Below the pieces are notes generated by a model that worked only from the letters and a program-made list of their open reading frames with translations, was not told the origin of the DNA and ran no database searches. Positions 37,901 through 49,900 of a stretch of 64,000 nucleotides of DNA are shown in pieces; the stretch's first letter is position 1, and each line of letters opens with the position of its first letter. A program made the position numbers and the translations under genes. This DNA comes from Phoronis australis (taxonomy: Eukaryota > Animalia > Phoronida). Location of the stretch: assembly GCA_002633005.1 (NCBI GenBank), contig NMRA01000476.1:102911-166910 (forward strand), given 5' to 3'.

Positions 37901-40900
37901 TTAACCACCATAAATAGCTTGCAGTTTATCACAGGAAGGTATTTTTAATGCTTGAGCCTTTTCATACATCTTGGCATCTCTAAAATTCTGTGCTCTCCAT
38001 ATCATGTTGTCTCCTAAAACAGGAATTTCATGTATGACAAACAATGGCAATATGCAAGGCTATTCAAAGTTGAGTTTGGCAAAGAAATGTTACTCATCAA
38101 GACAAGAGGCTCTTTGGAACTTCATGGATTGATTAAAAGTCAAGAACATTGCAACAAATAGATGAAATACTTCACGTCCTGGTTTTTTATTTCATACGAC
38201 CACAACATGGGATATCTATCATCAGTTGCACACAATAGAACAGTACACTGCAGATCATTTGTGACCCAAGTAAGGTTGGGAGTGATGGAAGGAGAACTGG
38301 ACTTTGCTGTAAAAGTGCAGTCTGCGAGTGCCTGCATGGTTCATGGAAATTACTATTGATTACGCATATGAGCTAGACCTTATTAACGCAGCTGCTACGT
38401 CCTGAATTCAACCTGCGTGATTGCAAGATAGAATAACACATCGTATGATTGACCTAGTTTTCCAAAGGTAGAGCTGCAAACACACTTATGAGGATCCGGC
38501 AATTAGAGGAGGCAGTTTGGCCTGGTTGATAAGTGCCCGCTTTCTTTACTCGAGGTCGTGGGTTCGAGTCCCACTAGGTCACACTGCTAGACCCTTGAGT
38601 CAGGTTTCTAGCTCCTCAGCTCGGTTTTAACGATATATTAATAAAGCATAAAAATATTTCCAGGTGATCAGTGCAATGGGCCCACATGCGAGGCCTGCGC
38701 ACGTCTGGTACAACGTGTATCAGACCGCCTGCAATTATTTTTTCATATAAAATTATCCGGCAATTAAGAAAGATTTACTGTGTGCCCCACTCAGCTTTTC
38801 AACTTTATTCATGTCAGCATTACACCTCACTAAGCAGCAGCAAAACTTCATTGGCATCAGCATGACGAATGACAAACCAATTTTAATATAAACTAGTAAT
38901 AAACATGGCAGCAGGGTACAACTGTGGGGCAAGTGCTCTACTGATGCACCGCATTGTGGGTAAACACCACAAAATTAAAGATAGCACTCTAGGAAATTCA
39001 GGAAGTAGCTATTGCCAACTTGATGATTTCAATAACTGACTTTATGCAGGTACATGTCTGATTCAGGTTGGATTCCCAGCTAGAGGAATGATTTGACTTG
39101 GCAATTGCTACATATTCAATGCATTTCTGAAACTATACTTACTATATGTTTTTTCCCTAAAACACTTTTCTCTTAACAAGTTGATATATTCTCTCTCCAC
39201 ACTGTTTTCAACATCGCGAAGCTTGCGATCTCTGTACTCTTTATTAAAGTTCCCCTTGACAAAGTAAGGGACTTGCATGTTTTGTGTATGCCTCTCATAC
39301 GGGTACTGACTGAAAAGCAAAAAAGAATGATCTCAAAACTTGACAATTAATTTAGAAAATGCAACATAACAATAAAGAATGTAAAAAATAGATAACAAGA
39401 TATTATCATTCAACCAGGCACTTTAAAAGCATATATTTGTCAGCAGAAAGAGCGGCAGCTCAACATTGAGAGAAACCTGCATAAACACTGACTAAACAGT
39501 TAAAACAACAGTACACAAAAACAGTGTCCACAACTGGCACACTTACAAGCCCAGTAAGTCTACATTTCAGCTCAGTTGCCAAATTAAGAAACAACAAACC
39601 TTAGGCAAGTCATAAATTAAGACATGGGATCAAATACTGCATTAATTTGATCAAACTAAACACCAGGTTGTTACACAATCATTACCAGTATCGGAGTTTT
39701 CAGACAACAGGCAAACCCGGGTTGTGTCTTAAAACATACACAAATTTTGAGTTTAACATTCAGGGCCACGTATACGCCCGGCCATATTAGTTTTGTAGGT
39801 GACAATATTTTCCTTATTAAAATACTAAACCAGAAACTTAAGAGATAGCAGCTGAAATGGCTCAACTTTTGTCGTCTAGTGATCATGAAAATGAGGATAG
39901 CTTTAGAGTTCAAACATGCACTTTGGACTGTTTTCAAGTAGTTTTCTTATATCCATACACAGGACATGTATTTTGCAGCCAAGGCTTATTATTTGCAGAA
40001 CAGTCCGGTAATAAGTAGCCGAGCTGGGAACTTACCTGGTTTTGGATAAACTGAATGTGGATTCGGGTACAAACAGACTACTTATGCCCGACAATAGAAT
40101 TAAGAGGAAGAGTGGCATTAGCTGGAGACACAGAGTGAAGGAGCCAGCCTGAAAGAACATCAGCATTATAAAAGGAACTCCTTGGCGATATACATTCATT
40201 CATTTGGGAGTAAATTCCAACGACCATCATTTTGGCCACGTGTCCCACACATGGGCTTATAAGGTAAAAGGGAAAGTCGGTGTTTTCAGCTCAAAAACAC
40301 AAATCCGTTGTTATCTTTGAGACATATTTCAGCATTTATTTACATTCTTCTGGATTTTGTCTGCTACCTCATTTGAATAATTAACTGCATTTCAGTTTAA
40401 AGGAACAATAAACCCACACATTCTGTTAAAATTCAACTCATGACTAAATATTGTAAAACTGGACTCCTCGTTCAGATCAGGAGTATTTCTAACCCTGTGA
40501 AGAATATGTTCTTATTGCTTTAGACAAAGACCATTAATGTCTGTGTCACAGCAGGTTAGTTTCAACCATCAAGGCAGTTTGGCCGGCAGGGATTTACCAC
40601 GTAGCAATTAATTATTTAACTTTATAACACCAGAAAATTGTTTTGTGAAAAAATGTATCATTGAAGGACGTTTTTAACACCAGAACATAGGTTACAGTGG
40701 CTTTTGCTCCGCATGCAACAAAAGTGAAGCAACATAGGTGACTTCTTGCCGCAGTTAACAAGTTACATAAACATCTGTACTTTAAAAGTTAGTTTGAAAA
40801 TACAAAAAATCAAATGGCTTGATTTTGTTAGGATTCAGTATTTACTTGCTACTGAATACAGCTAGGGATATACTGTGAAAAAGGTCACATGGAAACTCTT

Positions 40901-43900
40901 CAGGAACGTTCACAAGCGTAAATTGTGTTCCGCAGCCATCTGGGTAGACTTACCATGGTCACTTTACCCAGGATATAGCCAGTAAGTGTAAAACATTCCG
41001 TATTTTAGATGAGCACCAACTTAAAATTTGAGCAAGTTTTTGCAACGGTGGTGCAACAGCAGTAAATATGCACTCCTTGAGTGTTAACAACAACTCCTTA
41101 TCCCTGGCTGCTCCATTTCCATACACTTTAGAAGTATTGTATTACTTCACTTTCTGCTAATGCAGGTCCCCACAGTTTATTGAAAGGTTGCAAATTTTTT
41201 GTCCTGCTGGGCCCTCGATTTATGATTTTTTTCAATCAAATTTGAACTGTGTGATGACCCACGACGGGTATTACCTCACTGTCTCTTTCTTGCCTAGTGT
41301 TAAACTGGTATGATCTGTAGTACTGACGACCTCCATTGGTCCGTACTCTAACATTCTGTCCGGGAAAACCACCTCCAAAGAACATGTTGAATAAGTCCTC
41401 TGCAGACATGTCGGCTGAAACACCAAAAAGAGCATTTACCACAAGCCCAACAATTTGAAATCCCCACAAAGANNNNNNNNNNNNNNNNNNNNNNNNNNNN
41501 NNNNNNNNNNNNNNNNNNNNNNNNNNNNNNNNNNNNNNNNNNNNNNNNNNNNNNNNNNNNNNNNNNNNNNNNNNNNNNNNNNNNNNNNNNNNNNNNNNNN
41601 NNNNNNNNNNNNNNNNNNNNNNNNNNNNNNNNNNNNNNNNNNNNNNNNNNNNNNNNNNNNNNNNNNNNNNNNNNNNNNNNNNNNNNNNNNNNNNNNNNNN
41701 NNNNNNNNNNNNNNNNNNNNNNNNNNNNNNNNNNNNNNNNNNNNNNNNNNNNNNNNNNNNNNNNNNNNNNNNNNNNNNNNNNNNNNNNNNNNNNNNNNNN
41801 NNNNNNNNNNNNNNNNNNNNNNNNNNNNNNNNNNNNNNNNNNNNNNNNNNNNNNNNNNNNNNNNNNNNNNNNNNNNTCCTCTACATAGTAAGCATATACA
41901 TGCCAATTTTCACAATCATCCTTTGAGCGGTTTGGTTGATAGAGGGGTGGACGCACAAAAACAGACTCGAAAACACTAAAAATGGCCACTAGGTGGCGCA
42001 AACTATGTCGAATCCATCTGAAAACGGGAGGATAGCGTCATCTCACTAATAGGTGCCTACATACCAAATTTCATGAAAATCCAATAAGGACTTGTGAAGA
42101 TACAAAGGTAAGCGTAAAAAAATTAAAATTGCCACTAGGGGGCACACCGGTAGTCGGATCCGTCCGAAAGTTCGCACATGCCGTCCCATTCATGAATGGA
42201 ACATATGTGCCAAATTTCATGAACGTATGTCAAAGGGTTTTGGAGATAGAGCAGCGGACGCCGGACGCCAGACGCCGGACGCCGGACGGACGCCGCCCGG
42301 ACGGACGGACGGACGGACGGACGGACAGAGATGACGGCATAATGCGTCCACATATAAATATGTGGGCGCATAAAAATAGATAACAAGATATTATCATTCA
42401 TCCAGGCACTTTAAAAGCGTACAGTTATTTGTCAGCAGAAAGAGCCAGGCGGCAGGTCTACATCGAGAAAAACCTGCATAAACACCGACTAAACAGTTAA
42501 AACAACAGTACACAAAATACAGTGTCCACAACTGGCACCTTTACAAGCCCAGTAAGTCTACATTTCAGCTCAGTTGCCAAATTAAAAAACAACAAACCTT
42601 AGGCAAGTCATAAATTAAGACATGGGATCAAATACTGCATTAATTTGATCAAACTAAACACCAGGTTGTTACACAATCATTACCAGTATCGGAGTTTTCA
42701 GACAACAGGCAAACCCGGGTTGTATCTTAAAACATACACAAATTTTGAGTTTAACATTCAGGGCCACGTATACGCTCGGCCATATTAGTTTTGTAGGTGA
42801 CAATATTCTCCTTATTAAAATACTAAACCAGAAACTTAAAGAGATAGCAGCTGAAATGGCTCAACTTTTGTCGTCTAGTGATCGTGAAAATGAGGATAGC
42901 TTTAGAGTTCAAACATGCACTTTGGACTGTTTTCAAATAGTTTTCTTATATCCATACACAGGACGTGTATTTTGCAGCCAAGGCTTATTATTTGCAGAAC
43001 AGTCCGGTAACAAGTAGCCGAGCTGGGAACTTACCTCGTTTTGGATAAACTGAATGTGGATTCGGGTACAAACAGACTACTTATGCCCGACAACAGAATT
43101 AAGAGGAAGAGTGGCATTAGCTGGAGACACAGAGTGAAGGAGCCAGCCTGAAAGAACATCAGCATTATAAAAGGAACTCCTTGGCGATATACATTCAATC
43201 ATTTGGGAGTAAATTCCAACGACCATCATTTTGGCCACGTGTCCCACACATGGGCTTATAAGGTAAAAGGGAAAGTCGGTGTTTTCAGCTCAAAAACACA
43301 AATCCTTTGTTACCTTTGAGACATATTTCAGCATTTATTTACATTCTCCTGTATTTTGTCTGCTACCTCATTTGAATAATTAACTGCATTTCAGTTTAAA
43401 GGAACAATAAACCCACACATTCTGTTAAAATTCAACTCATGACTAACTCTTGTAAAACTGGACTCCTCGTTCAGATCAAGAGTATTTCTAACCCTGTGAA
43501 GAATATGTTCTTATTGCTTTAGACAAAGACCATTAATGTCCGTGTCACAGCAGGTTAGTTTCAACCAGCAAGGCAGTTTAGCCAGCAGGGAATTACCACG
43601 TAGCAATTAATTATTTAAATTTATAACACCAGAAAATTATTTTGTGAAAAAATGTATCAGTGAAGGACGTTTTTAACACCAGAACATAGGTTAGTGGCTT
43701 TTGCTCCGCATGCAACAAAAGTGAAGCAACATAGGTGACTTACTTGCCGCAGTTAACAAGTTACATAAACATCTGTAGTTTAAAAGTTAGTTTGAAAATA
43801 CAAAAAATCAACTGGCTACTGAATACAGTTAGGGATATACTGTAAAAAGGTCACATGGAAACTGTTCAGGAACGTTCACAAGCGAAAATTGTGTTCCGCA

Positions 43901-46900
43901 GCCATCTGGGTTGATTTACCATGGTCACTTTACCCAGGAGATAGCCAGTAAGTGTGAAACATCCCGTATTTTAGATGTGCACCAACTTAAAATTTGAGCA
44001 AGTTTTTGCAACGGTGGTGCAACAGCAGTAAATATGCACTCGTTGAGTGTTAACAATAACTCCTTATCCCTGGCTGTTGCATTTGCATACACTTTAGAAG
44101 TATTGTATTACTTCAGTTTCTGCTAATGCAGGTCCCCACATTTTATTGAAAGGTTGCAAGTTTTTTGTCCTGCTGGGCCCTCGGACGCATGATTTTTTCA
44201 ACTTTGAACTGTGTGATGACCCATGACGGGTCTTACCTCACTGTCTCTTTCTTGCCTAGTGTTAAACTGGTATGATCTGTAGTACTGACGACCTCCATTG
44301 GTCCGTACTCTAACATTCTGTCCGGGAAAACCACCTCCAAAGAACATGTTGAATAAGTCCTCTGCAGACATGTCGGCTGAAACACCAAAAAGAGCATTTA
44401 CCACAAGCCCAACAATTTGAAATCCCCACAAAGAGAGTTGCGCGACTGTCACAAACAACTATCATAACATACAGCAAGCACCTGTACAACTTTATGTTTT
44501 GCTTACAGCAAATCAAGAACAAACACAGCTTCATTTGCATATTAACTAAAAACCTTTTTAATGCTAATGAAAAATATCCAGATTTAAAGCACTTGCAGTA
44601 AAGTGTCATGCTTTACTCTTTAATGGCTGTCACGTACCATCTCCCCAAGATATCAATTAAAATCAATTTCTAAAGAGCAAAACCAATAACAAATAAAAAA
44701 ACAAATTTATGAAGAGTTACAAAATGATTATCAGTGGTAAATATCAATCTCCATACCTTCAAATCCCCTGGAGTAGTCATATTCATTAAACCCGTATCTA
44801 TGGTGATGTGTGTGGTGTCTACCTTCACTCTCAGGACCGTACAAATCATACTTTTTCCTCTTATCGCTGTCGCTTAGCACCGCGTATGCATTGCCAATGG
44901 CTAAAGAGATATAGATTATGTTTTACATTAAAATAACAAAGACAATGTTCTACTATAAAATTATACAATCCATAGAAATGCCTCCATTGTAGCCTTACAC
45001 TAAGTTGAACAGAACAGAGCTAACCTACATTGAGGGTTGCAAACTGTCAAGAGTTATAGATACAATCTGTTGTTAGCTTCAAATAAATACAATTACTAAA
45101 TTTAATAAAGATCCTGCAGTGAGTTTAGGAGATGCAGCCATGGGCGCAAAACAACAAAACTATCACTAGGACGTGCTACAGTAGTTGAATGCGTTATTTT
45201 CAACCGTCCTCTTCACACTGAGAACATATACACCAATATTCAAAGTCAACCTCAGAATGGTTTTCATAGTCATCCTCAGAATGGTTTGGTTGATCGAGGG
45301 GTGGACGCCAAAAAACAAGACTCGAAAACTGGAAAAATGGCCACTAGACGGCGCCACTACGGGGCACACTGGTAGTCAGATCCGTTCAAAAGCTGTTGTC
45401 ATCCGTTGTTAACATCATATAAATACATTTGCTAAATTAAGCAAAGATGCTGCAAACGGTTTAGGAGATACAGCCATGGGCGCTAGGAGGCGCCACAAAG
45501 TCATTGGTAAATCATCGTCAGCTTCGTAGTAAAAACATACATGCCAATTATCACAATCATCCTTAGTGTGGTTTGGTTGACAGAGGGGTGGACGCCAAAA
45601 AACAGACTACAAACAGTAAAAATGGCCACTAGGTGGCGCAAACTACATCAAATCCATCCGAAAATGGGAGGATAGCTTCATCTCACTAATAGGTGCCCAT
45701 ATTCCAAATTTTATGAAAAAACCTTAAGAACCTTTGAAGATACAGAGGTAAACGAAAAAAAATTAAATTGCCACTAGGGGACACACCGGTGGTCAGATCC
45801 GTCCAAAAGTCGTAGTTATCCATTGTCAACATCATATAAATACACTTGCAGAATCTAGTAAAGATCCTGCCAACGGTTTAGGAGATACAGCCATGGACGC
45901 AAAGAGACAAAACTGCCACTAGGAGACGCCACAGTATTCGAAATCATCGGAAAATCATCGTCAGCCTTCCTATTCATAATAAAAACAAACATGCCAATTT
46001 CCACGATCATCCTTAGAGCGGTTTGCTTGATGGAGGGGTGGACGGCAAAAAACAGCAAAAAATGGCCACTAGGTGGTGCAAACTACGTCAAATCCATCCG
46101 AAAACGAGAGGATAATGTCATCTCACTAATAGATGGCTATATGTCAAATTTTATGAAAATACGTTTAGGACCTTTGAAGATAACGAGGTAAGCGTAAAAA
46201 ACTAAAATTGCCACTAGGGGGCACACCAGTAGTCTGATCCGTCTGAAAGTTCGCTCATGCCGTCACATCCATGATAGGAACATATGTGCAAAATTTCATG
46301 AACATTCATCAAAGGGTTTTAAAGATAGAGCAGCGGACGCCGGACAGACGGACGCCGGATGGAGATGATGGCATAATGCGTCCACATTTAAATATGTGGG
46401 TGCATAAAAACTACCACAAATTATCCTCAAGGTATATACATACATGCGTGCATGCATCCATCCGTCCATCCATCCATCCATCCATCGATATACACCATTA
46501 TCATACAAGAGCAACGCAGAGCGTTGAAATGCGCCCACAATTGCACGGTATACGGTATACTTCTAGGGTTGTTTATTGGTACCATAAAGTGGCCAGTAGA
46601 GGGCAAATATGTAGTATGTTGTACTTTGCAAAATGGAAAGGCATAGTCATTGTCTCCTCAATAGGCTAGGGGCAAAATGTGAGTGATCTTCATAATACAA
46701 GCACATCCTATACATCAGTTGCTTAAAGCACCACAAAAACATAGAATTAAAAACAAATTTACCGCCATAAATTTAGTAAAGATCCTGCAAACGGTTTGGG
46801 AGATACAGCCATGGGCGCAAAAAACAACTGCCACTAGGAGGCGCCACAGTAATCAAAGTCATGGGAAATTCAGCGTCAACTGTCTTCTTCATAGTAAGAA

Positions 46901-49900
46901 CATACATGCCCAATTTTCACAATCATACTTCGAGCAGTTTGATTGATAGAGGAGTGGACGCCAAAAAACAGACTCAAAAACAGTAAAAATGGCTACTGCG
47001 TGTCGCAAACTAGGTCGAATCCATCCGAAAACGGGACGATAGCATCATCGCACTAATAGGTGCCTACATACCAAATTTCATGAAAATCCGTTTAGGACTT
47101 TTGAAGATACAAAGGTAAACGTAAAAAAATAAAATTGCCACTAGGGGGCACACTGGTAGTCGGATCTGTCCAAAAGTCGTCATCTTCTGTTGTTAACATC
47201 ATATAAATACACTTACAGAATTTCGTAAAGATCCTGCGAACGGTTTAGGAGATACAGCCATAGGCGCAAAACAAACAAAACTGCCACTAGGAGGCGCCAC
47301 AGTAGTCGAAATCGTCGGAAAATCATCGTCAACCGTCCTCTACATAGTAAGCATATACATGCCAATTTTCACAATCATCCTTTGAGCGGTTTGATTGATA
47401 GAGGGGTGGACGCACAAAAACAGACTCGAAAACACTAAAAATGGCCACTAGGTGGCGCAAACTATGTCGAATCCATCTGAAAACGTGAGGATAGCGTCAT
47501 CTCACTAATAGGTGCCTACATAACAAATTTCATGACTTGAAAGTTTAGGACTTGAAGATACAAAGGTAAGCGTAAAAAACTAAAATTGCCACTAGGGGGC
47601 ACACCGGTAGTCGGATCCGTCCAAAAGTTCGCACATGCCGTCCCATTCATGAATGGAACATATGTGCCACATTTCATGAACGTATGTTAAAGGCTTTTGG
47701 AGATAGAGCAGCGGATGCCGGACGCACGCCGCCCGTACGGACGGACGGACGGAGATGACGGCATAATGCGTCCACATATAAATATGTGGGCGCATAAAAA
47801 AGCAATGCAATAAATAAACCTCACAAAAACTTCTATCATAATTAGTAAAAATGACGCAAAAATTCCCTTCCTAGCAAAAAACGCCGCAAAAGTTCCCTTT
47901 AAAAAGGTACAGGCACCTTTCCTCTCAGGTGAGTTAGGGCCCTGAACACATGTGGATGGCTAGGTTGATGAATCAGCTATGTGACAATAGGTCGCCTTCA
48001 CTCGCTCTTGTACAAAAGAATGATGACTGTAACACTGACTTACTTTTTTATTATTTAACTTAAAGTTGATCTATGAAAGCATAAAAAAGTAGTCATAAAA
48101 AGTAGTGCAGTAAATAAGCATCACATTTCCTCTCTAAGTAAAAAAATAAAACTACGCGAAAGTTCCCCTCTTGGTAAAAAATGCAGCGAAAATTCCTCTT
48201 TTAGAAGGCACAGGCACCTTTACCCTCAGGTGAGTGAGGGCCCTGGTACAATCACACTGAGAATATACAGCATTGACAGTCCATGTAGTGTAGTAAATGA
48301 ACATACCTTTAAAGGCCTCTGAAGCCCCAGGTGCACTGTTCTTGTCAGGATGACACAACAAGGCCAGCTTTCTGTAGGCCTTCTTTAAATCTGTCTCCTC
48401 GGCATCTTTACTCACACCCAGGATCTCGTAATAATCTTTGCACTTTCTTATCCTGTAAATTGAGAGATTAGTGGCACAATAGGTTGAAAAGTTAACAGTA
48501 TAATAAAAATCCGACTATTTTGGACACTGGCCATTTGAGGTCATGTCTGTGATTATATGAAATAAATACGAATATTTACTGGTTATCAAAAATGTAAATC
48601 AATAAGTTGAGACCAGTTTTATAATGGTCGGTGGTCTAAGTCAAAAGTTACTTTTGCCGTAATGTAGGTTTATGGTAACTTTAAATTTCAAATTAATATC
48701 CCTGATTTGTAACTCTGATCTCGAAATTTCAACGAAAAACAACCACCTGTTTAAAAACTACGAAATGTGATTATTGTACAAATGACAAAAAGTGATAAAC
48801 AAACAATTCTGAATTATAGCTATTGATATTAAAAAACAACTTAATGATATTTTTTGGAAAAAAAGTGGATAAAATAGTATAAAAAAGGAACCCGTGAAAC
48901 ATAGCGAGTCCACAAAATGACCCAAAACAACAACCCAAATTCTCCAGCTTTGGCACCCATTGCTCTACCTCTTAACAGCTGCACTCTGTTCTTGTGTGAA
49001 TGTCTGCTTTGTCTCTTCAGCTCGACTACCGGAGTGTTTCCTGTGTCTTGTCTGATTGCTTTCCTGACCATGTGACATAGCATCTCCATTTCCATTGGCT
49101 GTACCATTCATTGTGGAAATTTTCTCAAGTAAATCTACAATAATATTGAATGCGTGAACAAGAGCCAATGACCATTGAGGACAAAAAGGGCCCTCGCTCA
49201 CCTCCAAAGAAGATGTCTTTACAATCTGAGAAGGGGAACTCTTTGGTCGAGTGGAAAATTCACGGTCCCCGGTCGCTGCCAATTCCACCCCTAGGTCGCC
49301 ATCCTCACTGATAATGCCTCAAGTGTTTTGCATAAGTGATTCTAACATTGACAGAAATTTTTTCATCAAATATTTTTGGACCTGATGGGAGGAATTCCCT
49401 GTGATTTTAAAATATTTTCATAAGGGAATAGGGGCTCATAAAGAGGTAGGAAAATGGAGACCATGAGGGCCTAGACAGTGCATCAAATATAGATATACCT
49501 CACATCAATCTCCAGACACACTGCATGTCCAAATATTGGAACAGACACATCCACTGAATGCTTTCAAAAATATATATTGGGACTTTTCTTCAAACTTCAC
49601 AGCTCCTGAATACTGAGTTTCCAACAAAAATTATTACCAAAATGTGTGTTATGGTACACTCACTGTCCTACATGACAGTGAAACATTGGCTTAATATCAT
49701 AATGGAAACATTCAAAAAACTAAATCATCATTATTCTCAACTTATTCTTGACATGTGGGGACTGATGCTATGCTGTATGACATATGCTTCACATAACTAC
49801 TTCTGAAAAATAATTTCATCTCACTTAAGCAAAAACCAAAGTATCCGAAAATTGTTACTCATTCACATTATTTGTAAGAACTATTGCAAAACTGGCATGC

